This document shows, in pieces, positions 48,009 through 61,091 of a DNA stretch of 64,000 nucleotides; the stretch's first letter is position 1; each line of letters begins with the position of its first letter. The translations under genes were made by a program, and so were the position numbers. This DNA is from Lama glama (lineage: Eukaryota), in NCBI GenBank assembly GCA_028534125.1, contig CM052820.1, positions 372,001 to 436,000 of the forward strand, read 5' to 3'. The notes beneath the pieces were generated by a model. The model did no database searches and had not been told where the DNA came from. It was given only the letters and a program-made list of their open reading frames with translations.

Positions 48009-51000
48009 NNNNNNNNNNNNNNNNNNNNNNNNNNNNNNNNNNNNNNNNNNNNNNNNNNNNNNNNNNNNNNNNNNNNNNNNNNNNNNNNNNNNNNNNNNNN
48101 NNNNNNNNNNNNNNNNNNNNNNNNNNNNNNNNNNNNNNNAGATGCCCGCCTCCCGCCAGTCATGTCGACCTTGTGCCCGTGGCCTTTCTGAGATTTAAGC
48201 TTTGTGATCTTTCAGCCCATCGGGGTTTTATATTTCTATTCTAAAGACTGGTTTGTGGGCCTTGAGAAGTACTTTGAAATTTTTTTTCCTTGCAAGCTTA
48301 CTGTAGGGGTAAAAGAAAATAATTTTAATTTTGGAAGAAGAGGAGAGAAGTCCTGGGTTTCAGCTGGAGGTTTTTTTGATAAACCTCCATGCCCAGTTGT
48401 GTCTGTGTAAATAGGTGCTTAAGTCCTCAGTTGGCTGAGATAAAATTCTTTCTGGACTGTTAACTCTTGAGTTCTTTGGAAAGACGACGGGGTTCCTTTT
48501 GAATGTGTAATTGGCAAAACATTACAAGGAAATCAACTTACCTTTGTTTACAAGCAAGAAAAGTAAAAATCTTCATTTGAAGGCTTTGATTGTGCATGTG
48601 TTAGGACCCAGGTTCAGATACAAGCCACCTGTGCCACGCCACGACTTCACACTTCTCCGCATGGGGAGTCCAGTGCGTGCCAGCCCTCCACACTCCCTCA
48701 TCTCCGCAGGATGGAGGCACCCGGAGAGTCTTTGCTTCCATCTGTTCTCTTCCCTTTGATTCTGGTTCTGTTTGTTACATAGTTATGTTTTGAAATGTGG
48801 CCTTTTCTCTGTGCCTATGAAAGTCCGGGTTGAGAAGAGTGAGATTTGCACTGGGTGGACCTGCATGCTACTTGCACAGAAGATAGCTGAGAGCAGCTGA
48901 AATGATGAAGGGACGGACCGTCTCAGGGATCACTGAAGGAGGTGGGAGAAGGGGCATCACATGTCTCAAGGAGTCTTGTAGGAAAAGGTAGACTTGCCCT
49001 CTGGGGCTAGACGGGGAAAGAAGTTGCCGATTTGGGCACACCTTCAGGCCGCCTGTTCTGACAGCCTCACCGAGGTGGAGCAGTGGTGGGGCCTGGGCTC
49101 TCTGGGAAGGCTGCCGTCCCGGAGCCTGGTGTCCCTCAGAGACCAGCAGGGACAGCTGTGCTCCTTTCACACCCGGTTTGAGCAGCGATACTCGGTCAGG
49201 TGAGGAGCTGTGATAGCAGACGTCTGGCCTCTGTTACTCGATGAAGGGGCCTGTCTGAGGTCCCCTGGGCACTTGAGACTGGGGAGCTGGGGTGGAGAGC
49301 ACGAGTGCCCTGATGCTTGTGAGACTGGGAAGATCTCCGTGAGCGGGAGCAGACCTGTCAGGTGCGGTCTGTGAAGGTGGAGCCAGGGCCTGGGGTAGCA
49401 GGTGGGAGTGGGCATAGCACTGTGGACAGTTTCATAGGTGCTGCTTTGTTGAACTAGAGACAGGCCACCAATCAGGCTGGGGACGTGGAAGGGGCGCTGA
49501 GGCTGGCCTTTTGTAAGATCTACCCCAGCCCCTCAGGTAGGGCTGAGGCCTGCATTTACACGTGGGTCTCCATGTGTTTAAAACGTGTTTAAAATGGATT
49601 CTCTAAAGACAGGGTTTTGAGAAGTTTATTTAAAAAAAAAAAACCCAGAAACCTAGTTTGATGCTATCAGAACCCCAGATGTTAATCTGTTGCTTGCTGT
49701 GATCCATTCATTTCCAGCTGTGACAAACTGCCATTTGAAATCTGGAGGCTAGAGACCCAGTGTATCCTGTCAAACCAGCTTGGAGTATTTTGTAGGTCCA
49801 CTCTCTGTCCTTGGCTGCCTCAGGGCCTGTGCACATGGGAGGGTTAGAGTCTCTGGCAGGTTCTCCCCCCAGACATTAGTAGGTTCAGCCTCTTTCTTGA
49901 GCCACTTGGACTAAGGGTTCAATAGGAAGGCTGGCAGCAATTGACTGCTGAAGTGTGAGCTTCTCAGAAGACACTGAGGAGTTCGTCCCATCTTGTGTGT
50001 GACAGCTGCAGACTGGGGGTGACCCGTCACAGACCTGTGGCTGGAGTAGGCGTGGACAGTGACTGTACTTCACAGGCTTATGTGGCTGCCACTGGGCACT
50101 GAAGACTTGCCCTGTCAGGAAGCAGGAGGACTGGTCAGTAGGAGCACAGAGAAGGGAACATGGGCCTAACTGAGGGCATGTAGGTGAGCCCAGCTTGTTA
50201 GAAAGTGGGCGTCAGTGGGTTTGGAGAAGTGATGCTGGTATCTGGGCCGACCGGGAGAGGGGGAGGCCCTTCAGGTGGAAGGTCAGCAGGCAGGAGGCCG
50301 TGCTGGGTGCTCTCAGTGAGGAGAGCGGGGTGGACAGTGGGTCCCGGCTTCACCACTGGTGCCTTGGCCTAGGACACATCCATGCCGTTCCAGCCTTGCT
50401 CAGGGGACTGGCCTGACCCCTGGGGTCCCAGGGGGCGCTCAGTTTTCACACCCTGTCAGGACCGATGTGTGAATGTGATACTCTGATACTTTGATTTAAT
50501 GGAAAGGATTTTCTTTTTTGCCTTAATCATTAAAAGTTGCTGATTAGAATTTGTTGGAGACAAATTCTTAAATAAAATAATCTTGGTCAGTTTGTCTGCT
50601 CCTGGGCCCCCTTGGTCTCAGGTGCACTTGTTTGCTTTGTGGGACCCATAGAGGGTCTGGCCTCTGGCTGGTGGTATGTCCCCCATGTGACTCGAGTCCC
50701 GCCTCCAGAGGTTTTTTGTTTGTTTGTTATTTTAATCCTTGAATGCTGCTTGTCTGTGTCCTCGGTGCACCCCCACTGCTGTAAACTCTTCTAGCTCCTG
50801 AAGCAGGCGCACGTTGAGGACAAGTCTTTGGGGACGTTGTCCTCCAGTTAGGGAGGGTGTTCTGGTTACACTTGTCAGTTCTCCTGTTCTAGACGCGTGC
50901 CTGACCCCTGTCATGGTGTCGGCCTCATCAAGTGCGCGGGTGTTTTGCATAAAGTGGCAGGTAACCTGCCTGGCAGCCGCTGTCCTGACGTCCCCCAAGG

Positions 51001-51652
51001 CAAGGTGACCCATGAGCTCTTTCTTGACAGAGTAGCTCTTGGCCCTCCAGGAAGGCCTTTGAAGGCTCTTTGCAACCCTGCTGTTTTGTGGCCTGGTCTC
51101 TACATTCCGGTGGGTTAGAAGGGACCCGAGGGCGGCTGTAGGGTAGCAGCGAGAAGAACAAAGGGCCGAGTGCAGGCTCGCCCTGGAGGGCCCTGGGGCC
51201 CCACGGCCCGCCCACGTTCTGTTCTGCTCTCCGTTGTAGCAGCACTGCAGGACCTTTTTCCTTCTGGCCCAGCAGAGAGTGATGAGAGGAGTGTGGGGAG
51301 GATGGCCCAACCATGCAGCAGAACGAGCTGGCAGCGCTGTGAGGGTTTTACTCCAGAATGTTACGTTTAAAAGTTTTGGCAGCTGATGGGTCATTCCCTC
51401 TGGTCCCTGGAAAAGCTGCTGTCTAGAAGTTTTAGAAAGTTTGGGTTTCACTGTAGTAGGTCTTGTTTGAGGCCAATGGCCTGAGGGAAAGGGTTCTTCC
51501 ATTTTTTCACCTAGGAAATTTGCCTGAGTATTGATACCATTAGCCAAAGTGTAAACAGTATTTTGACCTTTGCTGGTTAAGAGGTAGAAGGATCTGGGCT
51601 GTAGGGTGCAGGCAAGTGACGTTTCTCCGGTTTTTCTCCTTGCCCACACTAG

Positions 51653-51714
51653 GAAAGCTGGCAGGCTGACAGGCGGCCTCAGGACGGACCTTCTGGCTAC
51701 TGACCATTTTGCTG
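51653..51714 (+). other. HDLBP: HDLBP non-coding exon 2 (62 bp)
   Basis: Polypyrimidine tract then cactag|GAAAGCTGGCAGGCTGACAGGCGGCCTCAGGACGGACCTTCTGGCTACTGACCATTTTGCTG|gtaagt; matches the recalled vigilin 5'UTR. Confidence 0.9.
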
Positions 51715-52903
51715 GTAAGTCTTCGCTGGGTGTCCCTGGGCTGTCCCACCTTCCTTCACTGCGCTTTGAGTTTCTGGCGGTTCCCCAGAGAGGATCGCTG
51801 TCACTGCGCCTCCAGCAGGCCCTGCGACGTGTCCTCTGGTTTCCGCCTGTTTCTCCCCGTGTTTCCGTAAGTGTGAACTAGCGCTTGCTCGCGATACCTG
51901 AACCTGGGTCTGCATCTCTTCAGGAGTGCAGGCCTTGTTCTTCTTGGGTTCAGGGAGAGGTCTTACTGAGTTGCAAAAATGATGTCAAAACGCACTCTTA
52001 CTCAATTCCTTGACCCCCTTATTTTTGCCCTGATGTACAAGAAGACACTTGCTGCATAATTGCGTGAAGAGCGTGGCGTGGAGCTCACCTAGAGTGGGAG
52101 AGAAGCTGGCGCCCTGCCTCAGGGCCAAATGAGCCCCTTTTCCAAAGAAGGGAGCTGTGTCTTTGAGAGCTAGTCGCACGGAGTCCTGGGGTCCTCCGGA
52201 GTGGGGTCTGGAGCCAGCCCAGGGTTCCCGCCCTGCCCTGAGGAGCTGAGTGCCCTTGGGCGGGTCACACCTGCTGCGGGTCCACTTAAACTGTTGTCCC
52301 TGCTTCCGCCTCTTGCTCTTACTGCTGCCGAAGAGCACGTGGGGCTGCTGTCCAGGGCTATCTGTAGCTGCTGTGACAGGGGCACGTTGGACAGCGTCAG
52401 GGGGCCTGGGGTTGAACAGATTAGCCCAGTAACTGAGACAGCTGTTAGAGCCATCCAGATGTTCTGTCTGACACGTGCTGGGTTCCTGTGGGCTCCTGTG
52501 GGTGAGGAGAGGGGTGCAGACGGTGTCTCTGTGGCCCCTGTGAGTGGGGAGGTGGGTGTAGCTTGTACCTTGAGGCCCCTGGGCGTTCCGATACTGAACC
52601 TGGAGCCTCCGTCTCCTCAATCACAGGCAGCTTTTGAGGGGTCAGTTGTCCAAGGACCTCCTTTACGTGAATTTCTCCTTTTCCTCTCTGGGTGAGAGTT
52701 TGGGTATCACCTTGCCTCAGGGGTTGTAAGTGAGGAAAGTAAGGTGTCATTTGCTGGAAAAGCAGAGTTAAAAGCCTTGGCTGAAGCTCTGAGCTGAAGA
52801 GCTCCCCTTAGCCTGGAGCTGGCCGTGCCTGGACTCTGCTCCTTCTGACTCGCCCCTCTGCTTCAGTGGCTCACCCGGACCGTGTGGAGGCGTGAGATCA
52901 ACC

Positions 52904-52979
52904 ATGAGCTCCGTTGCAGTTTTGACCCAGGAGAGCTTTGCCGAACACCGCAGTGGACTGGTTCCGCAACCGATCAAAG
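52904..52979 (+). CDS. HDLBP: HDLBP exon 3 coding part (MSSVAVLTQESFAEHRSGLVPQPIK-V); exon starts at 52867
   Basis: Acceptor ctgcttcag|TGG, start ACCATGA, donor AAAG|gtgacg. Confidence 0.97.
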
Positions 52980-54677
52980 GTGACGGCCCGTGCTCACTCT
53001 TCCTGTTGACTGTAAGATGCTCCCCCAGATCCTGGCCAGGCCTGAGGCCTCGCGGACATGCCTCTCAGCGCCGTGCTTTTGGGGTAGGCAGGCCCAGCAG
53101 TGCTGTGCACTCTGCTTTGCACTGCCCTTGTGTGCAGGCCAGTAGCAAATGTCAGATTTAAAATGTGGGCAACTTTCTGGAAAGCCAGTGGACTTGGCCA
53201 TTGTGGTTAATGGGATTCTTTTTCAAAACTGCTGTTCCCAGATGCTTGAGCCAGTCTGGGCTGTGCGGCATCCCAGAGCGCTGTCCGGAGACCGCTCTGA
53301 GAATGCAGGCTGGGCTCTGGCTTCTGCGTTCCCCAGCACAGCTGGCCAGGATCAAGGGCAGTGCTGTCCAGCAGACACGGAGCAGGAGCCAGTACATCTG
53401 AAACACTGTCGTTTCGACATCTCTTTAATGTACAAGTAAAAACTGATATCTTACACTCTTTTTTTTTCCTTCAAAATTTGGTGTATGTTTGTAACTGCAG
53501 GACAGCTGAATTTTCACTCAAAACCCTTCGTGTTCAGACTTCATGGAATTTTCAGTTGAAAGAGCAGATTGTTTTACTCTCTGTTGTTCCAAACAGTCTT
53601 TAAAGTTTTCAATAACTGAATGGAGTATCAGCTCTTAAGTTGACACTAATTGGAATTAAAAACTTACTTCGTCAGCTACACGAAGTAAGTTTCACGTGCT
53701 CGTTTCTAGGCGGTGGAGACCCTGACACTGCTGCCTGCTTTGGATCTGGGTGCCTGCAGGGCTGGGTCTAATACATAGTCGAGCAACCCTACGGGGTCTG
53801 CGTTTCCCTTTCTAGATGGAGCAAGGCACTGTCAGCACGGAGTCTTTGCTGGTGTGTGGGGATAGCATGGCCACGCGGCCAGAAGTGGTGAACCCAGAGT
53901 CAGATGTGGGCCTGTCTGAGTCCAAAGGGCGTCCCTCTGTGCACGTCTGCCCGCAGTCGTTTTGATTGGGCTCCACCGTTGCCAGACACCGTGCTCAGCC
54001 CCAGAAGTCTGGCGTGGTCCAGACAGCCACTCTCTGCTTTCGTGCAGCTGTGGGTGACAGGACAGAGGGGGAATGTTAGGGTGCTCTGGGGGGGAGCCCT
54101 TCATTATTAGGGACCTGGTCTCCACAAGGCTGGTGCTCCCTGCAGGGCTGGGGGAGGTGAGGGGTCCCGCAGGCTTTCGGCATCATGCTTTACAGTGCAT
54201 AGTCGGCTGGAGCTGGCCTGGAGGGGGTTCCCCCAGCCTGGGGCGGCTCTGTGGCTTTGTTCTGCACATGTAAGAGCTGGCAGTGTGCCAGGTATTGTGG
54301 CTGTGCTTTTTTAAGATAAGGATTAGGTGACTCTCTGAAGGGCTTAAAAATCTCTGTGGCAAGGCCTGCCTTCAAGAAGCTCACCCCTCCGGTGGGTGGG
54401 GGCACCGGTGTCTGAGCTGACCATTCACGGGGCAGGGGGGTGCTGTCAGGGTCAGAGTCTGGCCCTTGCAGTTCGTAGGCCGCCCTGGAGGGCGCTGGGC
54501 CTGGTGACCTGCCGGGGCCCTGCCCGGCTGCTGTGAGAAGGGAGGGGAGCTGTCGCTCCCGGTGGTACGGTTTTCGCTACTGTTTCATTGCGGCGGTTGT
54601 TCCCGTTAAAACCTCCTTGGTGTTTTCCTCTAATGCTGAAAGCAGTGTGCTTCCTTAATCTCTGTTGGCCGGTCCAG

Positions 54678-54835
54678 TTGCCACTTTAAACTCAGAAGAG
54701 GAGAGCGACCCTCCAACCTACAAGGATGCCTTCCCCCCACTCCCTGAGAAAGCAGCTTGCTTGGAAAACGCCCAGGAACCAGCCGGCGCCTGGAGTAACA
54801 AGATCCGGCCCATCAAGGCCTCGGTCATCACTCAG
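54678..54835 (+). CDS. HDLBP: HDLBP exon 4 (V-ATLNSEEESDPPTYKDAFPPLPEK...ASVITQ), 158 bp
   Basis: Acceptor ggtccag|TT, donor CAG|gtagga. Confidence 0.97.
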
Positions 54836-55928
54836 GTAGGAGGTCCACTATGCCTTCCCCTGACCCTCCACGTAGGAGGTAGTAGCATCCGATGGAAGAC
54901 ACAGAAATGAGAGTGCTCTGGGCGTGCGGGGAGGCTTTCAGGTTGAAGCAGCCTCTTCATTCCACCCGCACTCCCTCCCCTGAGCTCCGGGGAGGGGATG
55001 GTCCCCTCTGTCTTCCGTCCACCGCAGTCCGGTCTGCTCCCAGCTGCTGAAAGTGCCCTTGCCTTTCCTGCCGTCCACTCCAGCGGCCCCCCGCTGTCCT
55101 GACGCAGCCTTCCCCTGTGGGCTGTTGGGGACCTCCCTGGCCACTCTCTGCTCCCTGGAACTGGGCGTTGGCAGGCGCAATGCTTTCTGTGTGAGTCCAC
55201 GTCGGGTCATGGGTGCTGACTGCCAGCTGTGCACTGAGAGAAGTCCCCTTCCCTGAGCCCAGGACTCATAGCCAGCTGTGTTCTGGTTCTTGCTGTCTTT
55301 CGAGTGGCTGTCTAAGATGTGCCTGGTTTCTTCCCGGTCTTCCTGATCTTGTGAATGCATTGCATTCCGCCCAGCAGCTCAGGCCACGAAGCACAGTCCT
55401 TTTGGCTCCTCCTGCTTCCACCCCTGTCTCTGCTCAGTCGTAGGTCAGAACGTGTCCCGCTCAGGACCCTCACTGTCTTCTCATCTCCCTGCAGGGTGGG
55501 CTGAGGGGCCCAGCCCCACCCTTCTGTCTCTGGGCCCACACCCTGCTGTGCTCAGATGCTCCCTGTCTGCTGTCCCGCCTTCATTCTTTGTCACCTCCCA
55601 GGAGAGCCCGCTAGTCTTTGCCTCTTAAGAGCAAAGGAAGAAGGTCTTTCTGACCTTTTTAGCATCTCCGTTCACCCTCCTCCACCCAGCCTCTCTCCCC
55701 TCTGTTTGCTTCTGTCACTGACTTTGCTTCTCGTTGCCTGACCCTTCCCCCCACCCTCCCCTTGCCACCCGTTTGCACAGGGTGGCTTCTCTTCTTCACT
55801 GGGATGTCAGCCTCCTGCCCTTAGGCACTTTCTGCCACTTTCTTTGCTCAGTGTGTTCAGTCCTAGGCTTCAGTGCCCTCTCCTCTTCTTGATCTCGTGA
55901 CCGTCTCTTCCTGACCCTTTATGAGCAG

Positions 55929-56144
55929 GTGTTCCATGTGCCCTTGGAGGAGAGAAAGTATAAGGACATGAACCAGTTTGGAGAAGGTGAACAAGCAAAA
56001 ATCTGCCTCGAGATCATGCAGAGGACAGGCGCTCACCTGGAGCTGTCCCTCGCCAAGGACCAGGGCCTCTCCATCATGGTTTCAGGGAAGCTGGACGCCG
56101 TGATGAAAGCTCGGAAGGACATTGTTGCTAGGCTGCAGACCCAG
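55929..56144 (+). CDS. HDLBP: HDLBP exon 5 (VFHVPLEERK...IVARLQTQ; degenerate KH0), 216 bp
   Basis: Acceptor gagcag|GTG, donor CAG|gtgagt. Confidence 0.97.
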
Positions 56145-58081
56145 GTGAGTATCCCCAGGCCAGTCCCCCCTGGGGCTGCACTCACGCTGCCGGCCGCTGG
56201 GGACGTGGCTCGGACTTCACGAGACTCTGTCCACCAGTGGGCAGGCCCATAGCCCCCTGGTGTTTCTATTGGAAAAGCGCTAAATCAGGAGTAGAACTGG
56301 GGCGCCTGCCTTTTGTGCTATTTGGATGAATGAACTGAAAGTTGAAGGCTTATCCCAGAGTTGCAGACACTTGAATTAGTGGAGTAAGGGCCCCGGTGGA
56401 CAGACCGGTAGCTCCCAGCTTCCGCGTGACAGCCAGGGGGTACCTTCGTTGTTACACACATTTCCAGGCCCCAGGCTTGGGCGGCTACAGATTCAGAGTT
56501 TGTCTGTTCTTTAGTCCTTGGCCAGCTGACACCAGTGTCAGAATTTATTTGGGAACCACTGTGATAAATGTCAGTTAGTGATGCAGTCTTCCTGGGGCAG
56601 CATCACTATAGACCAAGATAAACACAGAGAATCTCATTGGAAGGTCGTGTGACGCTAGAGCCTTAGAGGGCCTGGTTAGAGACGAGCAGCTCTTCCCACC
56701 TGCCGCTGCGCTCTTGGGGAAGCTAGCCTTAGGGGTGGTGGTTGGAAGGTGGGGATCTGATGCCAGAGGGGCCAGGGTGGGTGCGGAGGCAGGGTCTTGG
56801 GGAGGGAGCACTGCCCTGTGAGATCCCAGCTCGCATACTCACTCAGCCCCCTGGGGCCCGCCCTAAGCCCCTAGCTCCGGGGAATTAAGTCACCAAGTGT
56901 AGGAAGTGAAAAATGTGTGTAATTGTTTCACATCGTGGCTGGTGTGTGGATTATCATCTACTTGGGGACTGTTTTGCGGCTGAGCAGCGGGCAGGGAGGG
57001 AGCACTCCCAGTGCGTCTGCAGCCCTGGCCACCACCCTCCCCCCACCCCCAGGGCCTTAAAGCAAATCCCACAGTATTCACCTATCAATAATTCCCTTTT
57101 AATCCCCCTTTTTAAATACAGCTACTGTGTCAGCTCCCTCGTTAAAATTATTAGTAATTTCTTGACACACCTACGTTGAACCCAGTCTGTACACAGTCTC
57201 CCCCAGGTTTCTGAGGTGCTCCTGCGGCTGGGTTTTTTTTTCCTTTCAGTACATTCAGCATCTGGGTGAGGCCAGCGCACTGCCGTGCTTGTCAGACCTC
57301 GAGTCCCCTTCACTCCGCAGCTGTGCCCTCTCCTTTTTTCTTAATGCTGCTAGTCTGTTGACTTGGGGGGACAAGCAGGTGTTTAGTCTGTGCCACTGTC
57401 CCTCGTATGACGGTCCCTGTGAACTGGCAGTGCGACTGGGGGCTGGCTCACGCTGGTGTTGGCTGGTTTGGCAGGAGACGTGTGGGTGGTGCTTGTACTT
57501 TGAGTTGATTCCACGAGGGGTCAGCAGACGGTGGTTCCTGCCCCCCACCCCGATTCACTGGTTCTCCTCTGAAGAACTCTCCTTTCGGGTGGGAAGTACA
57601 GGGTAGATAACTGACCCCTTTCCTCTTAACTTCCAGACCATATTGGCTTCCCGGCATCTTTGGTGGTGATCCATGAATCTTTAGTGTCGTTGCAAACTTC
57701 TGATGTGTCTGTTAGGTGTTCTTCAAGCAGAAGTTGCCTCATCTTTGGCAGGTGGGGCCTCCTTCAGGCTGGCATCCTGCAGCATTCTGACAGAATGATT
57801 CCAACAGGACCGTTGTCTTGGATCACTTCCTCATTTCTAACGCAGAGAGATGTGTGGACTGACCTGAGCCGTTTCCTCCCACAGACCTGAAGTCATCTGT
57901 TAGTCCGAGAGCTCTAGACGTTTACAGCAGGAAGTTGCTTGAGTTCAAACTGCACTTCTAATGCAGATGAAGGATCTTAAGATGGGTTTTGAAGTCACTG
58001 AAGTCATTTTCTCTGTTGAGGTCACACCGTCACTTTGTATACAGTCGGGTTCAGTTGTTTTAATTTATTTTCAGGTTTTTT

Positions 58082-58254
58082 AAACGTTTTTTACTGAGTT
58101 ACAGTTTACAGTGTTACGTCAAATTCCAGTGTAGAGCACAATTTTCAGTTTTACATGAACATACGTATATTCATTGTCACATTTTTTTTTTGCTGTGAGC
58201 TACCACAAGATCTTGTGTGTATTTCTCTGTGCTGTACAGTATAATCCTGTTTAT
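58082..58254 (-). mobile_element. Short 5'-truncated LINE-1 3' end, same family as 22683-23157
   Basis: Shares tac(a/g)tgtt..gtcaaattccagtg with the 22.7-kb element; degenerate flanks tattttcaggttttttaaa / tattttcgattttttaaa. Confidence 0.7.
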
Positions 58255-60884
58255 ATTTTCGATTTTTTAAAAGTACGTACAGATTCCAGGGTTGCAGAGT
58301 CAGTCATGTGTGGTTCATTCGGAGACGGCCTCTTCACCCCGGCCTCCCTGCCAGGGACCATTCTGAGTCTTTGGTGTATTTTTCCATTGTTTGATTTGAG
58401 AACAGAAGCAGGATGACTCGCTGTCAGTCTTCTACGCCTTGTTCCTGGAGGTGTCTGCGTGGAGGCAGAGGGTGGCTTCCTTGTGTCTGCTCACCTGCCT
58501 GCGCTCAGCTGCACAGTGATTTACTCAGGCATTCCTGCTGGTGGGCGCTGGGGAGGCTTCCAGACTTCTGCTCTTGTAAATTGTGTCACGGTTAAAAACC
58601 TGGGGCATCTGCTGTCCTTTGTTTCACCCAGTGTGTCTTGGGGTGGATCTCCCAGAGGGAGGTGGCCAGGTCAGAGGGAAACTGTGTGTAACTTGCAGCT
58701 CCCCCGCCAACACGTGTGTCCACACACCCACCCACTCCCCCACCCCCTGCGGCCGCACCAGGGTCCTCGGGCTCTGGGCTGTGTGTTGGTTTTGGTCTTC
58801 ACTCTGCAAGGCAGCTGGGTGTGCTTGTGGTTTGTGTTTTCTGCTGGGACAGCTGAGTCTCTCTCCGTTTCTCTTCGTTGTGCGAGGACCACGTGTGTGT
58901 TCTCTGCACTGTTGTCCGGCCCTTTGCTACTGAGTTGAAGTTGTCTGTCTTGTTCAGTCAGTTAGGCGCTTAAAACCCTCCAGCAGGAATAGATGCTACA
59001 AACAGTGTTCCCGGTTTGCCATTTGTGCTTTGATCTTGAGGTGTTCTGCAATGTGAGTTTCGTTCTTGTGGGGTCAAATTCATTAATCTTTTGCTTCTTG
59101 AGTCACTGTTGGGAAACGGTTTTATTTTTGCTTCTGGGTTGTGAGAAAGTTTACTCGTATTTTTTCTGTTCCTGTCAGAGTGTTCTTACATTTCAGCTCC
59201 CGATTCGTTTGGGATTTACTGTGAATGGTACGACGTGCAGATCCAGTTTCATCGTTTTCCACGTGGCTGTCAAGTCATCAGCGCCATTTTTAAAGTTTCC
59301 CCCAGTGATTTGAATGGCAGTTTTTATCAAGCCTTGAGTTTTCATATTAACTTGGGTCTGGTCCTAGATTTTCTGTTCCGATCTGTTGGCCTGTCTCTCC
59401 CTGTCTCGCGTCCTCTGTCTGGTGGTGATGGCTTTATGCTCCAGCATGCAGCATGGTTACCACCTCTGCGCCTGCACGGTCCTTGTCTGGGAGTTCCTGT
59501 CTGTCCTCTTTCGTTCTGCGTGCAGACTTTATCTTCAGCTTTTCGCTCAGAGTGGCGCTAGGTCACTTACCAGGCGTGTTCTGATCTGACGCGCGCAGCC
59601 CAGCTCCTCTGTTGGTGTCCAGCAACTCTCTGTACAGTCTTGTCTTTTTCTTTTTCTTTTTGGAGATGGGTGGTCTTTCCATCCCCTAACCAGTGCTGTT
59701 AGTGTAAGTCAGAGCTGCTGGTCTCTGGGTTCTCAGCTTCTCTTCCTGTGGGGCAGTGAGAGTTTGGTAAAGAAGTGGTCCCCTGGTCCCAGGCGTGCTG
59801 TCTGCTCCCCCGTCAAGGACAGCCCTTGTGCTGAGGTGTGCGAGTGTGGTGGTCACGTTAAACATATATGCGTACACTGAATTCTGTTTTCTTGCAGATT
59901 TTTGTCATGAGAGGGTGTAAATTTCTTAGAGATGATCATTTCCCGTCTCCCCTTCAATCTAGCAATGTAACGAATTATATAAATAGGTTTCCTAATACTG
60001 AGCCTTTTGTGGAATAACCCTCACGTGGTCGTGATGTGTCAGCCACAGGTCTGACTTCCCGTGAGGGCTCTTCATGGCTGCTGGGCGCAGTGCAGCGTCT
60101 CTGTTGTGAACGAGGAGTGGTTGCTATGAAACCGCGTCCCGTGGGGAAGAAGAGCAACTCCTTGGTCTGTGGTTCCTGTTCCACTCATGATGGAGCCTTA
60201 GCACTTGCCGCCTTTCTTTCAGTTTTCTTGGTTGATGGCTTTCCTGTATAAATTTAGGAAGACGGGAAACCCGTCTTCCTCTCAGGTCTCCCTGTGGCCT
60301 CAGAAAGCTGCACAGTGTCTGGCAGTTTGACTCAACGGGTGAAGGGTTTGGACGATTCTCATTTTCTTTCCTCAGATGAGTTGTCTATTTGAACTGGTTG
60401 CAAGAGAGACAGGGGAAAGTGCTTCTTACTGCATATGAGGCTTACGTCTGAAAAAAACATAGCTTACTGTTCCCAAAACAGCAGCTCAGCTGGTCAGCAG
60501 CTCGCGTCTGCTCTCCCGCTGGGGCCTAGCGCAGTGTGGGGGGCCACTGGGTGGGAGCAGGATGGTCATCATTCTTGAATGTTGCCATCCTTGTGGCGGC
60601 TGACAGCTAGGCTGAGAAGACACAGGACAGACTGTCACCCGTGCGTAATGACGACAGCTGCAGGGCGGACATGGCCCTGGGAGCAGGTCGCACTTGAACT
60701 TACTGTAGCCTAGGGTTCAGGGCCTGCTTCCCCAGGAACGTGACCTTTGACCTGAGACTGTTCCGAAGGAGGGCTGGGGTGACCAGGCAAGGACAGGTGA
60801 GAATGGCGTCCCAGCCGGAGAGTGCAGTGGGGAGACATGCCTTCCCGGAACCTTCCGTTTCCCTCGGTTCTTTTCCTGCTGTAG

Positions 60885-61091
60885 GCCTCAGCAACCGTTG
60901 CCATCCCCAAAGAACACCATCGCTTCGTCATTGGCAAAAATGGAGAGAAACTGCAAGACCTGGAGCTGAAAACTGCAACCAAAATCCAGATCCCACGCCC
61001 GGATGACACCAGCAACCAGATCAGGATCACCGGCACCAAAGAGGGCATCGAGAAGGCTCGCCACGAGGTCTTGCTCATCTCCGCCGAGCAG
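60885..61091 (+). CDS. HDLBP: HDLBP exon 6 (ASATVAIPKEHHRFVIGKNGEK...LLISAEQ; KH, GKNG), 207 bp
   Basis: Acceptor ctgctgtag|GCC, donor CAG|gtgagg. Confidence 0.97.

Noticed and set aside
47156-48163. 335-aa minus-strand and 242-aa plus-strand ORFs at the second CpG island
   Set aside because: GC-content artefacts; one crosses a 131-N gap.
50732-51649. 305-aa antisense ORF just upstream of HDLBP exon 2
   Set aside because: Non-ATG start, no recognisable motif or codon bias; BLASTp and PhyloCSF would settle it.
52892-52903. GTG-initiated 4-aa extension of vigilin suggested by the ORF track
   Set aside because: The ATG at 52904 (ACCATG) gives the known MSSVAVL N-terminus; nothing supports GTG initiation.
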